DNA of 64,000 nucleotides from Candidatus Bathyarchaeia archaeon (GCA_038727135.1 JAVYWL010000001.1:320001-384000), one strand, 5' to 3'. Shown: positions 46,764 to 57,576, counted from the stretch's first letter. The notes: generated by a model from the letters alone, not told the origin. Program-made: numbers and translations.

Positions 46764-49150
46764 ACGGCGGCAGCCTTTACATCCGCAGGGATACGCCTTT
46801 CCCGCTTTTTGAAATAGCCTTGGCACAAGCTTCCGACCAGCAGTTGCTAAATGTTAGTCTTGAGCTTGGTTTGGGTTTAAGCTTGGATGAGATGAGGACT
46901 GTTCAGAAATACTTTAGGGAGAAGGGTAGAAATCCCACGGATGTTGAGCTTCAAACCATTGGACAGACTTGGTCTGAGCATTGCTTCCATAAGACCTTCA
47001 AGGGCACAGTAAAATTTGGTGGAAAAGAGATTAACAATCTTTTCAAAACTTATATTGCGAGGGTGACGGAGGAGCTTAATCCCCGCTGGTGTTTTTCGGT
47101 TTTTGAGGACAACGCTGGAATAATTCGCTTTGAAAAAGGTTATGGCATAGCCGTGAAGGTTGAAACTCATAATCATCCGTCGGCTATTGAGCCTTTTGGT
47201 GGGGCAGCTACTGGTGTTGGCGGCGTTATACGAGATATTTTAGGAGTTTGGGCTGACCCCATTGCATGTACCGATGTTTTAGGTTTTGGTCCGCTGGACT
47301 ACCCTTATGAAAGGCTTCCGCCCGGGGTTAAGCACCCAAAATACTTGTATATGGGCGTGGTTGCCGGCATTGGAAGTTACGGCAATAACATGGGGATTCC
47401 AACGGTTAATGGTGCCATATGCTTTGACGAGAGTTATGTGGGCAACGTGGTTGTCTACTGTGGATGTGTCGGGCTTCTGCCACTGAAAAAGTTTAGGAGA
47501 AACGCCAAACCCGGCGACTTAATTGTTTTGGCTGGAGGAAAAACTGGAAGGGACGGCATTCACGGGGTTACTTTTGCCTCTGCTGAACTAACAGAAAAGT
47601 CCGAGGAGATTTCTAGACCAGCCGTTCAAATTGCAAACCCCATCGAGGAGGAGAAGCTTAAGAGGGCGATAATTGCCATCAGAGATGCTGAGTTGGCTTC
47701 AGCCATAACAGACCTTGGCGGAGGCGGCTTATCCTCTGCTGTTGGCGAAACCGCCAAACGCTTCGGATGCGGCGCCGTTGTGGAGCTTGACAAAGTGCCG
47801 CTGAAATATCCAGGGTTGGCTCCTTGGGAAATCTACATCTCCGAATCCCAAGAAAGGATGCTTTTGGCTGCTCCACCAGAAAACTTGGCGCGGATGCTGG
47901 AGATTTTTGAGGGTGAAAATGTCGAAGCCACTGTTATTGGGCGGTATACTGAAGACAAGGTTTTGCGCATTTATTATAGCGGAGAAAAAGTTGCAGAGCT
48001 AGACATCCCATTCCTTTTTGAGCCGCCAAGAACTGTTAGGAAAGCCGAGTATAAGCCACCAACTTTTGCGGAGCCAAACTTTCCAGAGCCAAAAGACTTG
48101 ACCAGCGTTGTTTTGAGACTCCTTTCCTCTCCCAATATTGCAAGTAAAGAGAGCGTCATCAGAACCTATGACCATGAAGTTAAGGGGAACACTGTTCTAA
48201 AGCCTTTGCATGGGGATTTTGGCGGCCCCAATGATGCCGCTGTCCTGAAGCCGTTAAAGGACTCTTGGCGGGGTTTGGTTATTTCTTGTGGCATAAACCC
48301 CCAATATGGGAAGGTTGACCCTTATTGGATGGCGGCTTCAGCTATAGACGAGGCGATAAGGAACAATGTGGCTGTGGGCGGCAGAAGAATCGCTCTGCTT
48401 GACAATTTTACTTGGGGAAACCCTGAAAAACCTGATAGGCTCGGGAGCCTAGTTAGGGCCTGTGAGGCATGTTACGATTTTGCTAAAGCCTTTGGAACGC
48501 CCTTCGTTTCTGGGAAGGACAGCCTATACAACGAGTCTCCTCTTGGTCCGGTCACGCCGACGCTGTTGATAACGGCTATTGGGATAATTCCAGACATCCG
48601 CGTGGCAGTTTCGTTGGATGTTAAGGAGCCTGGCAGTTCCATTTACATTGTTGGTAAAACCTACCGTGAGTTGGGTGGTTCAGAGTATTATAGACTAATG
48701 GGGGTTGTTGGAAAAACCGTGCCCAAGGTGCGTGTCAACCATGCGAGGAAAGCGTTTAAGGCATTGACCATGGCTATTGATCATGGCTTAGTTAATGCTT
48801 GCCATGACTTGTCAGAGGGGGGTTTGGCTGTTGCGGCGGCGGAGATGGCTTTTTCTGGTGGCTATGGCTTGGAGCTGGATTTGCGGCTTGTCCCAACGGA
48901 GGGCTTAAAAAGAAATGACTTTATTCTCTTCGCCGAGTCCAATAGCCGCTTCCTCGTGGAAGTTCCAGAAAAATGTGAGGAGGATTTTGAGGCTGTCATG
49001 CGTGGGTGTGCCTTTGCAAAAATTGGAAGGGTGACGGCTACGCCAACGCTGTGTGTCTATGGCTTGGATAGGAATGTTGTGGTAGATGCGTCTTTAAGCG
49101 ATTTGCTGACTTGGTGGAAACGTACCCTCAGTGGCAGTGGTGAAGACTAA
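46760..49150 (+). CDS. purL: FGAM synthase subunit PurL
   Basis: WSEHC.HK, KVETHNHPS, TGRDGIHG, SESQERM, HDLSEGG. Confidence 0.97.
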   Translation: MNGGSLYIRRDTPFPLFEIALAQASDQQLLNVSLELGLGLSLDEMRTVQKYFREKGRNPTDVELQTIGQTWSEHCFHKTFKGTVKFGGKEINNLFKTYIARVTEELNPRWCFSVFEDNAGIIRFEKGYGIAVKVETHNHPSAIEPFGGAATGVGGVIRDILGVWADPIACTDVLGFGPLDYPYERLPPGVKHPKYLYMGVVAGIGSYGNNMGIPTVNGAICFDESYVGNVVVYCGCVGLLPLKKFRRNAKPGDLIVLAGGKTGRDGIHGVTFASAELTEKSEEISRPAVQIANPIEEEKLKRAIIAIRDAELASAITDLGGGGLSSAVGETAKRFGCGAVVELDKVPLKYPGLAPWEIYISESQERMLLAAPPENLARMLEIFEGENVEATVIGRYTEDKVLRIYYSGEKVAELDIPFLFEPPRTVRKAEYKPPTFAEPNFPEPKDLTSVVLRLLSSPNIASKESVIRTYDHEVKGNTVLKPLHGDFGGPNDAAVLKPLKDSWRGLVISCGINPQYGKVDPYWMAASAIDEAIRNNVAVGGRRIALLDNFTWGNPEKPDRLGSLVRACEACYDFAKAFGTPFVSGKDSLYNESPLGPVTPTLLITAIGIIPDIRVAVSLDVKEPGSSIYIVGKTYRELGGSEYYRLMGVVGKTVPKVRVNHARKAFKALTMAIDHGLVNACHDLSEGGLAVAAAEMAFSGGYGLELDLRLVPTEGLKRNDFILFAESNSRFLVEVPEKCEEDFEAVMRGCAFAKIGRVTATPTLCVYGLDRNVVVDASLSDLLTWWKRTLSGSGED

Positions 49151-49969
49151 ATGAAAAGAGAGGAGATTAAAATTTGCATTCTGCGCGTTGGCGGAACCAA
49201 TTGCGATGCGGAAACTAAAACAGCCTTTGAAGATTTAGGCGTTCAAGCCCAAATCCTCCACGTGAATGAGGTGGTTAAACGGCGAAACCTTCTGGACTAT
49301 AACGCCTTGGTTTTTCCAGGCGGATTCTCTTACGGGGATTATGTACGTGCCGGCGCCATTTGGGCCAAGTGGATGCTCGCCAAAATGGGAAAAGAGCTGG
49401 AGGCTTTTGTGGAAGAGGGGCGTCCAATCCTCGGCATCTGCAACGGTTTCCAAGTTCTTGTTGAGGCTGGCTTACTTCCAGCATTTGACGGCATAAGCCC
49501 TTATCCAGAGGCAGCACTAGCCACAAACCATCCGCCGGGCTACAATTGCCGCTGGGTTTACATAAAACACGAGAACAACGGAAAGTGCATATTCACAAAG
49601 AAAATTCCAAAGGGCAAGGTTTTGCGTATGCCGGTCGCCCATGCAGAGGGCAGATTTCTATTCGCAAAAGAAAAGGAGAAGCAGTATTTGGAGAGGCTTT
49701 ACAAGAATGACCAGCTGGTCTTCAGATACTGCACAAAAGACGGCGAATATGCGGAAGGACGTTACCCGATAAATCCAAACGGCTCATTCCACGACATTGT
49801 GGGCATATGCAACCCAGAAGGCACAGTTTTCGGATTGATGCCCCATCCGGAAAGAGCCTTCTACTGGTGGCAACAGCCAGACTGGACAAGGCAGAAGATT
49901 ATGCCCCAATACGGGGATGGAAAACTAATTTTTGAAAGCCTAATCGACTATCTAGAGAAGCGGTTTTAA
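49151..49969 (+). CDS. purQ: FGAM synthase glutaminase subunit PurQ
   Basis: GTNCD, PGGFSYGD, GICNGFQ, HAEG, MPHPER. Confidence 0.97.
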   Translation: MKREEIKICILRVGGTNCDAETKTAFEDLGVQAQILHVNEVVKRRNLLDYNALVFPGGFSYGDYVRAGAIWAKWMLAKMGKELEAFVEEGRPILGICNGFQVLVEAGLLPAFDGISPYPEAALATNHPPGYNCRWVYIKHENNGKCIFTKKIPKGKVLRMPVAHAEGRFLFAKEKEKQYLERLYKNDQLVFRYCTKDGEYAEGRYPINPNGSFHDIVGICNPEGTVFGLMPHPERAFYWWQQPDWTRQKIMPQYGDGKLIFESLIDYLEKRF

Positions 49970-50866
49970 CTCCTCTAAGCGTGGAAGCCCGATGCGAGCA
50001 CCCATCCTCATTATGCATCGAGAAGCAACAAAATTGCCCAGTTTTGCACATTCTTTTAGGCTTTTATTATTCAACAAGCCGTAAAGGAAGCCAGCACAGA
50101 AGGCGTCTCCAGCACCTGTCGTGTCGACAATCTGGACTTTAAAAGCTTCCACGTGATGGCTTTCCTTTCCATCTGTGACATAGCATCCATCGCCGCCGAG
50201 CTTAACCGCAACAATTTTAACTCCAAGCTCCAAGAGTTGTTTAGCGCCCTCAACATAGTCTTCCGCACCTGTTAGGAGTGCTAGTTCCCGCGAGTTTGGC
50301 ATGAAAACAAAGCTTCTCTCCAAAATTGGTTTTAGGGCTTCCATGCCTTTTCTTGCATAAAGTTCGCCCGGGTCCATGCTTATTTTAACATCTTCTGGCA
50401 GGGTTTCCACAAGCTTTTTCTGGGTTTCAAAGGATTTCTCGCCCACAAAAGAGGTTAAATGAAGGAATTTCGCTTGACTGGCATACCCTTTATCTACTTC
50501 TTCGAAGCTTATGGTGTCGTTTACGCCTGGGTCCACATATAGGGCTCTCTCGCCTCTCTCGTCCACAAAGCCCATGACTGTTCCGCTGCGTCCATCCTTT
50601 GCCCTTATAATGCCCCTTGTATTTACGCCTTCTCTGCGAAAGTCTTCTAGGAGCATTCTGCCTTCTCTGTCGTTGGCAACCTTCCCAATAAAGCCCACTT
50701 TGCAGCCAAGCCGAGCTAAGCCAACAACGGTATTGGCAGCTGAGCCTCCGCAAGCCTCCTCAAAGCCTTTAATGAAGCCTTCCTCTTCTGGTCCTGCTAT
50801 CTTGTTAACCTTGTAGAGTTTATCCACGTTTAGGGCGCCGAAGCCTATAACGTCAAAGCGTTTCAT
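49952..50866 (-). CDS. PfkB-family carbohydrate/nucleoside kinase
   Basis: [25 protein letters not shown]. Confidence 0.92.
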   Translation of the reverse strand: MKRFDVIGFGALNVDKLYKVNKIAGPEEEGFIKGFEEACGGSAANTVVGLARLGCKVGFIGKVANDREGRMLLEDFRREGVNTRGIIRAKDGRSGTVMGFVDERGERALYVDPGVNDTISFEEVDKGYASQAKFLHLTSFVGEKSFETQKKLVETLPEDVKISMDPGELYARKGMEALKPILERSFVFMPNSRELALLTGAEDYVEGAKQLLELGVKIVAVKLGGDGCYVTDGKESHHVEAFKVQIVDTTGAGDAFCAGFLYGLLNNKSLKECAKLGNFVASRCIMRMGARIGLPRLEELKPLL

Positions 50867-51789
50867 AGGAACAACTCACGCAAATAAATCTTGTAATCGC
50901 CGAGTTTCCCGCCATAATTTCCAGCTGAAATTTTTACAACTCCTTTCACGGTTAGGGCGGCTTCTATTCCGGCTTTCATAGCCTTTTTAACAGCCTCAAG
51001 CGAAACCCCGTTAATTACGATTTCTGGAATGTAGTTTACGCCTTCTGGAACCTTTGACTCCTTTCCGAGCCTTTTCTTTAATGATGGACAGTAGGGATGG
51101 TTTGTTGTCGGTCCTATCCATGGATAGCGGGTTTCAGGTTTTGAGCCGGCAGAACATATGTCGAAAGGCGTGACTATACCTTCCACTTTGTGGATGGCTT
51201 CTAAAGCCTTTATTCCGGCTTCCATAACGGCTTCCTTTGTTTGGCACATTATCCAGAAGTTCGCGCCCATGACGCCGCGGGCGTATCCCAAAAAACGTTC
51301 TATTATAAAGTCTGGAACCATTATGGGAACAACTATGACCTCGCGCCCATGACGGTTTTCAACCCACTCGTAGCCGTCTCCGCAGTGACCAACACGCTCC
51401 ATTATGTCAATCTTGCCCAAAGCGTTTGGCAGAGCATCAAAAACCGCTGTAAAAGGCTTAACGAGAATGTCCTGCCTAATCCTATATGAAAGCTCAATCT
51501 CAAACTTTTTGAGGGATTCCGAAAAAGGCTTTTTGGGGTCTATCCCGCCCCAAAACTGGAGAACAACGCCTTTCCTTCTGTCTGGAGTTTCCCTTTCGCT
51601 TAGCCACTTCTCAATTCCGCCTTCGACTCTTCCGATGACTATGGATGGTGTGGCAGCGGCATGCAATGCCGCCTTTCGCAGTGTTTCTTCATCATCAGCC
51701 GTAACAATTACTCGACAGTAAATTCCTTCAAAGGCTTCGGCATAAGTGTCCTCGATAAGCCCTTTCTTGGTCAAGGCTATTCCTCGCAT
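50863..51789 (-). CDS. ftr: Formylmethanofuran--tetrahydromethanopterin N-formyltransferase (Ftr family)
   Basis: [24 protein letters not shown]...[20 protein letters not shown]. Confidence 0.88.
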   Translation of the reverse strand: MRGIALTKKGLIEDTYAEAFEGIYCRVIVTADDEETLRKAALHAAATPSIVIGRVEGGIEKWLSERETPDRRKGVVLQFWGGIDPKKPFSESLKKFEIELSYRIRQDILVKPFTAVFDALPNALGKIDIMERVGHCGDGYEWVENRHGREVIVVPIMVPDFIIERFLGYARGVMGANFWIMCQTKEAVMEAGIKALEAIHKVEGIVTPFDICSAGSKPETRYPWIGPTTNHPYCPSLKKRLGKESKVPEGVNYIPEIVINGVSLEAVKKAMKAGIEAALTVKGVVKISAGNYGGKLGDYKIYLRELFL

Positions 51790-51937
51790 CCAGCCCTTTT
51801 AGTCGGTTTCAGCTAATAAACCTTTAATCCGCCAAGACGGTGCTATTTTGACTTTGGCTTTTTATCCGAAAACGTAAATAGGAACCCTTTTGCTACATTA
51901 AGCCTACAACTGTCGCTTTCAAAATTTGGGAATCCCC

Positions 51938-53188
51938 ATGAAGATGGCTGTGCTTGTCTATGAATATCCGCCGAAAATCGTTGGTGGTTTAGGCACTTAT
52001 GCGGCTGAAATCACGCGTAAGTTTGTTTTAATGGACCACGATGTGACGGTTTTCACCATGAATGATGATGAGGGAAGCCTACCCACAAGGGAGATTTGGC
52101 GAGGCATAGAGATCCACCGTCCATTACACATTGACATTTCTGATTCGCTTCCTGACGTGGTGGCTGAGGACGTTAAAAAGTGGGGTAGGGGCATACAGCT
52201 CTTCTCAAAAATCCTCGTCTACAACTATCTTAGCGCATCAAAACTTGTTAATGAGCTGATCGGGAAAGAAGGCTTCAAATACGACATTGTGATCGCCCAC
52301 GACTGGCTTTCAGTCATAGCTGGAATAACCATAAAGAAGGAGACTGGCCTCCCATTGGTTTTCCATGTCCACTCAACAGAGAAGGGGCGAACCCTAGGAA
52401 ACGGTTCAGAAGTTGTTAGCAACATAGAGCTTCGTGGAGCCCAGGCAGCAGACCTTGTCATTACGGTTTCATATGCTATGAAAGACGAGCTGATAAAGCT
52501 TGGTTTTCCAAGGGAGAAAATTGAGGTCTGCTACAACGGTGTTGACCCCCAAAAGTATAACCCAGAAAACGTTAGCCCAGACCAGATAAGGCAAGTTAGA
52601 GAGTTTTACGGCATAAAACCGGAAGACCCCATGATTCTCTTCCTTGGAAGGCTTGTGGGCGTCAAGGGTGTTGACAAACTCGTCATGGCTATGCCCCACA
52701 TACTGCAGAAAATTCCAAACGCGAAGCTCGTCATCGTCGGGTTGGGCGACTTGCAAGACTATCTAATTAACCTTGTAAGGATGATGAAACTTCAAGATGT
52801 TGTAAAATTCAACTTTGAATTCATACCGGAAGAGGAGCGCATCCTTCATTATGCTGCCTGCGACGTAGCAGTTTTTCCAAGCCTATATGAACCCTTCGGC
52901 ATAGTTGCCCTAGAAGCCATGAGTATGGAACGCCCAGTGGTTGTCGGGGCTGCAGGCGTCAGCGGAATGAGAGAGATAGTCATACCATGCGGAGAAGAGC
53001 AATGCGGCTTTCACATAAACCCGAATAATCCGGCAGACATAGCTTGGGGCGTTGTCAGCGCTTTAGAAAATCCGGAAAAGCGGAAATGGCTTGGAAAGAA
53101 TGGGAGACGTCGAGTTCTAAACGAGTTCACATGGGACAAGATAGCAGAAAAAACAATTGAGCTTTATGAACGCGTTATAAAACATTAA
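51938..53188 (+). CDS. GT4 glycosyltransferase (glycogen-synthase-like)
   Basis: EYPP..VGGLG, HDWL, H.HSTE.GR, GRL...KG, EPFGIVALEAM. Confidence 0.9.
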   Translation: MKMAVLVYEYPPKIVGGLGTYAAEITRKFVLMDHDVTVFTMNDDEGSLPTREIWRGIEIHRPLHIDISDSLPDVVAEDVKKWGRGIQLFSKILVYNYLSASKLVNELIGKEGFKYDIVIAHDWLSVIAGITIKKETGLPLVFHVHSTEKGRTLGNGSEVVSNIELRGAQAADLVITVSYAMKDELIKLGFPREKIEVCYNGVDPQKYNPENVSPDQIRQVREFYGIKPEDPMILFLGRLVGVKGVDKLVMAMPHILQKIPNAKLVIVGLGDLQDYLINLVRMMKLQDVVKFNFEFIPEEERILHYAACDVAVFPSLYEPFGIVALEAMSMERPVVVGAAGVSGMREIVIPCGEEQCGFHINPNNPADIAWGVVSALENPEKRKWLGKNGRRRVLNEFTWDKIAEKTIELYERVIKH

Positions 53189-53201
53189 ACACCGCAGACT
53201 G

Positions 53202-53828
53202 ATGAACTTGGGCTCCTCAACCGCTAATGCTCATATGCGAAGAAATGTTGCGAGGGAAGCAGCCACCCTCCTCTACTTTGGATTAGAAAAGGAGTATAAG
53301 CAGGCGAAATTGAGGGCGGCGAAAACCTTAGGCGTCCACTTTCTACCAACAAACCTTGAAGTTGCCATGGAGCTTGATAAAATAGCCGAGGAAAATGAAG
53401 GCGCCACCAGAACGGAGCGCCTAGTTAAAATGCGAAGGGAAGCCTTAAACCTAATGAGAGCCCTAGAGAAGTTCAGTCCAGTGCTTGTTGGAAGCGTTTG
53501 GCGTGGAACCATTTACCGAGAAAGTGACATAGACATAGTCGCATACCACAACGAGCCCCATGAAATCCTAAAAATTTTGGAAAAAAGATTTAAGGTGCTG
53601 GAATCTGGTTGGACATCAGTGACAAAGAGGGGAAAACCAAAGAAATCTCTCCACATTCTAATCGAATTGCCCAGCGGTGAAAAAGCCGAAATAACCGTAC
53701 GGGGTATTGAAGAGATTGCCGTTAAGGAGACTTGCGAAATATACGGTGACACTGTTACCGGACTCAGCATTCAAGAACTTGAAAGATTGCTCGTGGAAAA
53801 TCCCACGAAAAGATTTGTTCCATTCTGA
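53202..53828 (+). CDS. Nucleotidyltransferase domain protein
   Basis: LVGSVWRG....SDIDI Pol-beta motif. Confidence 0.82.
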   Translation: MNLGSSTANAHMRRNVAREAATLLYFGLEKEYKQAKLRAAKTLGVHFLPTNLEVAMELDKIAEENEGATRTERLVKMRREALNLMRALEKFSPVLVGSVWRGTIYRESDIDIVAYHNEPHEILKILEKRFKVLESGWTSVTKRGKPKKSLHILIELPSGEKAEITVRGIEEIAVKETCEIYGDTVTGLSIQELERLLVENPTKRFVPF

Positions 53829-53901
53829 AAAGGTTTTTCTGCTAGATGTTTAAATATGTGAACCCCCAAATATTGAATTAGCAGAATTTGAAGGCGTCTA
53901 A

Positions 53902-54252
53902 TTGGAGTTCGATAAGGAAACCTTCAAAAGGATGTTTCCAAACCTCGCAAGGGAGATGGAATCCGGCGAAAACAAAGTTGCCGTGAGCTCTGTTAGAACA
54001 GATGTCAAATCTGGGGAAAGGGCAGTTTCAAGAAACTTTGTCCACTACGACCCAGACGTCATAGATTTTCTCCGACGATGCGACACGGCAGAGCAGGCAG
54101 AAGAAATAATAGCTTACATGGAGCGAAGAGGCGAAATAACCAAGGAGTACGCGGCAAAACTTAGAAAACAACTAAAAGAGAAAGGCGTTAGAAGCTTCGG
54201 ACCCAAAAAAGAGGAAAACTACTATTTGAGACGCGCCGGACTAATAAAGTAG
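53902..54252 (+). CDS. DUF2095-family protein
   Basis: FPNLARE, YDPDVIDFLRRC.T.EQA.EII.YM..RGEI, GVRSFG.KK...YY. Confidence 0.8.
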   Translation: MEFDKETFKRMFPNLAREMESGENKVAVSSVRTDVKSGERAVSRNFVHYDPDVIDFLRRCDTAEQAEEIIAYMERRGEITKEYAAKLRKQLKEKGVRSFGPKKEENYYLRRAGLIK

Positions 54253-54258
54253 CATATT

Positions 54259-55035
54259 TTAGACTTGTTCCGGCGGCACCCTTTCCGGAGCATAACCCGT
54301 ATAATATTTTAGTCCGTAATTTCGCAGCCTTTGAACTACATGCGGGTAAAGTATAAGCTCTTCAATCTCAATCCCCTCAGCTAGTTTTGGGCTAATCTGT
54401 TCAATTCGCTTTAGAAGAGATTGTAGACTCTTTTTGGTGGAGAAAGATGCCATAACTGATGGGTGGCAGCTCACCTTTGCATCCAACAGCTTTTCCAACG
54501 CCTTAAGCTGCAGTTTAAACCCTTCTGGTTTGGCGCCTGTGAGTAGTGCGAATTCTTTTTCGTTGCATCCCTTAAGCGAGACCCTCACGTGTATAAATTT
54601 GTATTTTGCAAGGTTTTCCGCATAGCCCTCATCATAGGCTATGGGGATGCCGTTGGTTTCGAGGATGAAACGGTAACCTTTGCCGTCAAGGTTTTCGAGA
54701 AGCTTTAGCAGGTGCTGCTTTCCAATTGTTGGTTCTCCGCCGCTCAGCCTAAGCAAGTCAAGTTTGCATTTTTTGGCTAGTGAAATTAGGCTTTCGGCAA
54801 CTTTTTTGGGCGTGTAAAATGTGCCAACATCGTGGGGGCGGTTCATAACAGCGTCTGAAACCCAGCAGAAACGGCAGAGCAACCCGCACCCGACACAGTC
54901 AGCCGTTACTATGCCGCCGTACCACCTTGCGGGTCTTATGCGGTAATACTTCCGTTCTAGTCCCTCTGGACCAGCACGCGTAACCAGTTTTTCTATGGCT
55001 ATATGCCTCGTAATTGGGTCATAGAATGTTGCCAA
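54259..55035 (-). CDS. Radical SAM protein of unknown function
   Basis: YGGIVTADCVGCGLLCRFCW (CxxxCxxC), SGGEP, LETNG, RVSLKG. Confidence 0.88.
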   Translation of the reverse strand: MATFYDPITRHIAIEKLVTRAGPEGLERKYYRIRPARWYGGIVTADCVGCGLLCRFCWVSDAVMNRPHDVGTFYTPKKVAESLISLAKKCKLDLLRLSGGEPTIGKQHLLKLLENLDGKGYRFILETNGIPIAYDEGYAENLAKYKFIHVRVSLKGCNEKEFALLTGAKPEGFKLQLKALEKLLDAKVSCHPSVMASFSTKKSLQSLLKRIEQISPKLAEGIEIEELILYPHVVQRLRNYGLKYYTGYAPERVPPEQV

Positions 55036-55105
55036 ACGAAATCAGCCTTCGACAGAAGATATGGCTGAGGCTAGTTTTAAATTATTAACATACATAGTTC
55101 TAGTG

Positions 55106-55579
55106 ATGTTGCTGAAATTTGGCGACATTCTAAGCAATCGTGAAATCTCAAGAATTTTCGACGTCTGCGCCCAACGGGGGATAAGGTACAACGGAAGCTT
55201 ACAAAAGGGAATTAGACATATTGTTCTGATAACAGTTTTACACAAAACGCCGGAAGAAAGCCTACGAAACCCCTACAATGACCGTTTGGAGGATGACATC
55301 CTTCTCTACATTGGTGAGGGACGAGCTGGGAACCAAAAAATGGAAAGGGGGAATCTGGCATTAAAGAGACAGATGACGGAAGGATATCCAATATTTGTTT
55401 TTGAGAAGAAGTCGCCGGGTAAATACATGTTCCTAGGACGATACAACGTGTTATCTGTGAATGTGGAAATTCAACCAGACATAAAGGGGCAGAGCAGAGA
55501 AGTATTCGTCTACAAGCTGAAAAGAGCATCTACATCAGTTTCGTTAAACGTTGTTAGAAAGCTAGATTTCCAAAAGTAA
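55106..55579 (+). CDS. Stand-alone SRA/YDG-like (PUA superfamily) domain protein
   Basis: GIR..., Y.D....D.LLY.GEG..G.Q....GN.AL, IFVFEK...G.Y.F.G, Q.D..G..R.VFV..L pattern; start revised to ATG 55106. Confidence 0.7.
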   Translation: MLLKFGDILSNREISRIFDVCAQRGIRYNGSLQKGIRHIVLITVLHKTPEESLRNPYNDRLEDDILLYIGEGRAGNQKMERGNLALKRQMTEGYPIFVFEKKSPGKYMFLGRYNVLSVNVEIQPDIKGQSREVFVYKLKRASTSVSLNVVRKLDFQK

Positions 55580-55643
55580 ATAAGTAGGTCTTTTAATATT
55601 TAGAAAGCCAGAATTTCAGAGTTTAAGCTGTGGAGGAAAAAAC

Positions 55644-57329
55644 TTGAAAAGAAAAGCGTTGGCTTTCACAGTCTTAACGGTTACCCTGTTAATTCTCGTT
55701 TTAAACATAGTTTATGTCGGACACGTTGAGGCGGATGCTCCTTCATACAATGTTGAGTGGGTTAACCATGAGGTGAAAATTCTTTATAACGGTTACATCC
55801 TTGTAAATGACACGGTGAAAGTAGGCGGGAATGTGGAAAACGGTTTCCTCATCGGTTTTCCATACAAATATGCGTCCTATGTTCTCCGCTACATAGCCTA
55901 TGACACCGCTAATTTCACTCAACAATACAATGTTGTCAGCGGTGTGTCATTAGACAACCACATGGGCTTCTGCGGCTTTAACGTCACCTTAAATCCGCAG
56001 CCGAAAAATGGAGTTTTCAGCATCATTTTTGTGCTTTCAAACAGCCTTCTAAGACAGAACCCGCAAAACACAAGCCTCTACACCCTAGATTTTCCAGCTT
56101 ACCCAAGCCTTACAGTAAATGCTTCTTCATGCAATGCTTCGGTTGTTTTGCCATCGGGTGCAAAATTTTTAAGCGGCACAGGCACGGTTAACGTGACAAA
56201 CTATTCGGTGAATAAGCCGTTACCACAGTTCACATATGAGCCGGCAAATTTGACTTTCAAGTTAACCATCAGCGATATACAGCTATTCACCGTGATGGAG
56301 TTTAAACGCGAAATCAATGTCGGCAGCATGGGCGAAATTATAGTTTCAGACAGCTACTACATAAGAAATGATTCGCCACAACAGATGACCTCTGTTAAAG
56401 TGGCTATTCCACCCAACGCCTCAAGCGTCTGGGTTGAAGACGAGTTTGGAAGGAAGGGAAAAATAACATTAGATACCGTAAGCCTAACCCTGCCCGTTGA
56501 AAGTGGCAAATCAACAAGGTTTATTGTAAGGTATAACTTGCCAAAGGGCACGAGTTTCACATTTTTCCAAGAAATAAACTACTACATTGAGAAAGCATCC
56601 GTAACTATCACATTGCCAGAAGGCGCCAAAATTACAAATTTAAGCCTCAACAGCGTTTTGCCCATTGACACATTTGGCACGTCAAGGGACATATTCCAAG
56701 AAAAGGTCACCGTAAGCAAACAAGGCGTTTTATCCCTGGACAACTTCACTTTGGAATTAGCATACGAGTATAATCCATTGTGGTTGGCTTTCCGACCCAC
56801 GCTGTGGATTTGGGCTATAGCGATTTTGGGATGCGCCATTGTCGCTGTCTGGCGAAGACCAAAAGCACCAGAAGCTGTTGTTGCGGTACCAGCTGTTGCT
56901 GTTAGGCTAAGTCCGGAAACCCTCAGAAAGTTTGTGGAGTCCTACGAGGAGAAACGGCGAATAACATCAGATTTAAAGTCCCTCGAGGTTGCAGTTAGCA
57001 AGGGGAGAATTCCGAGACAAAGGTATAAAGTGCAGAGGAAAACCTTGGAAACACGACTTGCGGCTTTGTCCAGAAGCTTAGATGATTTGAAGCTGAAGCT
57101 TAGGTCCGCTGGGGGACGCTACGCGGAATTAATGCACCAGCTTGAGGTTGCGGAAACAGAACTTAACGAGGTTGAATCCAACATTAGGAGCATTGAAGCC
57201 CGCCATCGGAGGGGCGACCTCACACTGGAGGCTTACCGCAAACTTTTGGCAGACTATGAAAGTAGAAGGGAAAAAGCTGAAACCACCATAAGCGGAATTC
57301 TGTTAAGGATACGTGAAGAAATCCACTAG
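55644..57329 (+). CDS. Ribophorin-I-like type I membrane protein
   Basis: Signal peptide, two beta-rich luminal repeats with many N-x-S/T sequons, REINV...G.I.V.D.Y, YNLP and TITLPEGAK motifs, one TM, cytosolic helical bundle. Confidence 0.6.
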   Translation: MKRKALAFTVLTVTLLILVLNIVYVGHVEADAPSYNVEWVNHEVKILYNGYILVNDTVKVGGNVENGFLIGFPYKYASYVLRYIAYDTANFTQQYNVVSGVSLDNHMGFCGFNVTLNPQPKNGVFSIIFVLSNSLLRQNPQNTSLYTLDFPAYPSLTVNASSCNASVVLPSGAKFLSGTGTVNVTNYSVNKPLPQFTYEPANLTFKLTISDIQLFTVMEFKREINVGSMGEIIVSDSYYIRNDSPQQMTSVKVAIPPNASSVWVEDEFGRKGKITLDTVSLTLPVESGKSTRFIVRYNLPKGTSFTFFQEINYYIEKASVTITLPEGAKITNLSLNSVLPIDTFGTSRDIFQEKVTVSKQGVLSLDNFTLELAYEYNPLWLAFRPTLWIWAIAILGCAIVAVWRRPKAPEAVVAVPAVAVRLSPETLRKFVESYEEKRRITSDLKSLEVAVSKGRIPRQRYKVQRKTLETRLAALSRSLDDLKLKLRSAGGRYAELMHQLEVAETELNEVESNIRSIEARHRRGDLTLEAYRKLLADYESRREKAETTISGILLRIREEIH

Positions 57330-57393
57330 TCAACCTAAAGGCTTTTATTTCACCCCTAAAATTTGAAGGAAATCTAGCTGAAGGGGGAATAAA

Positions 57394-57576
57394 ATGGTAA
57401 AAATAGTGGTTGACAACCACAAGTGCACAGGATGCGGCACATGTGTCGACACATGCCCAGTAGGCGTTTATGAAATAAAGGACGGAAAATCCGTTCCCGT
57501 AAAAGTGGAAGAATGTCTCGTCTGCAGGGCGTGTGAAGCTCAATGTCCAGAAAGCGCCATCCAAGTAATCGAATAA
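57394..57576 (+). CDS. 2x[4Fe-4S] ferredoxin
   Basis: CTGCGTCVDTCP and CLVCRACEAQCP. Confidence 0.95.
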   Translation: MVKIVVDNHKCTGCGTCVDTCPVGVYEIKDGKSVPVKVEECLVCRACEAQCPESAIQVIE

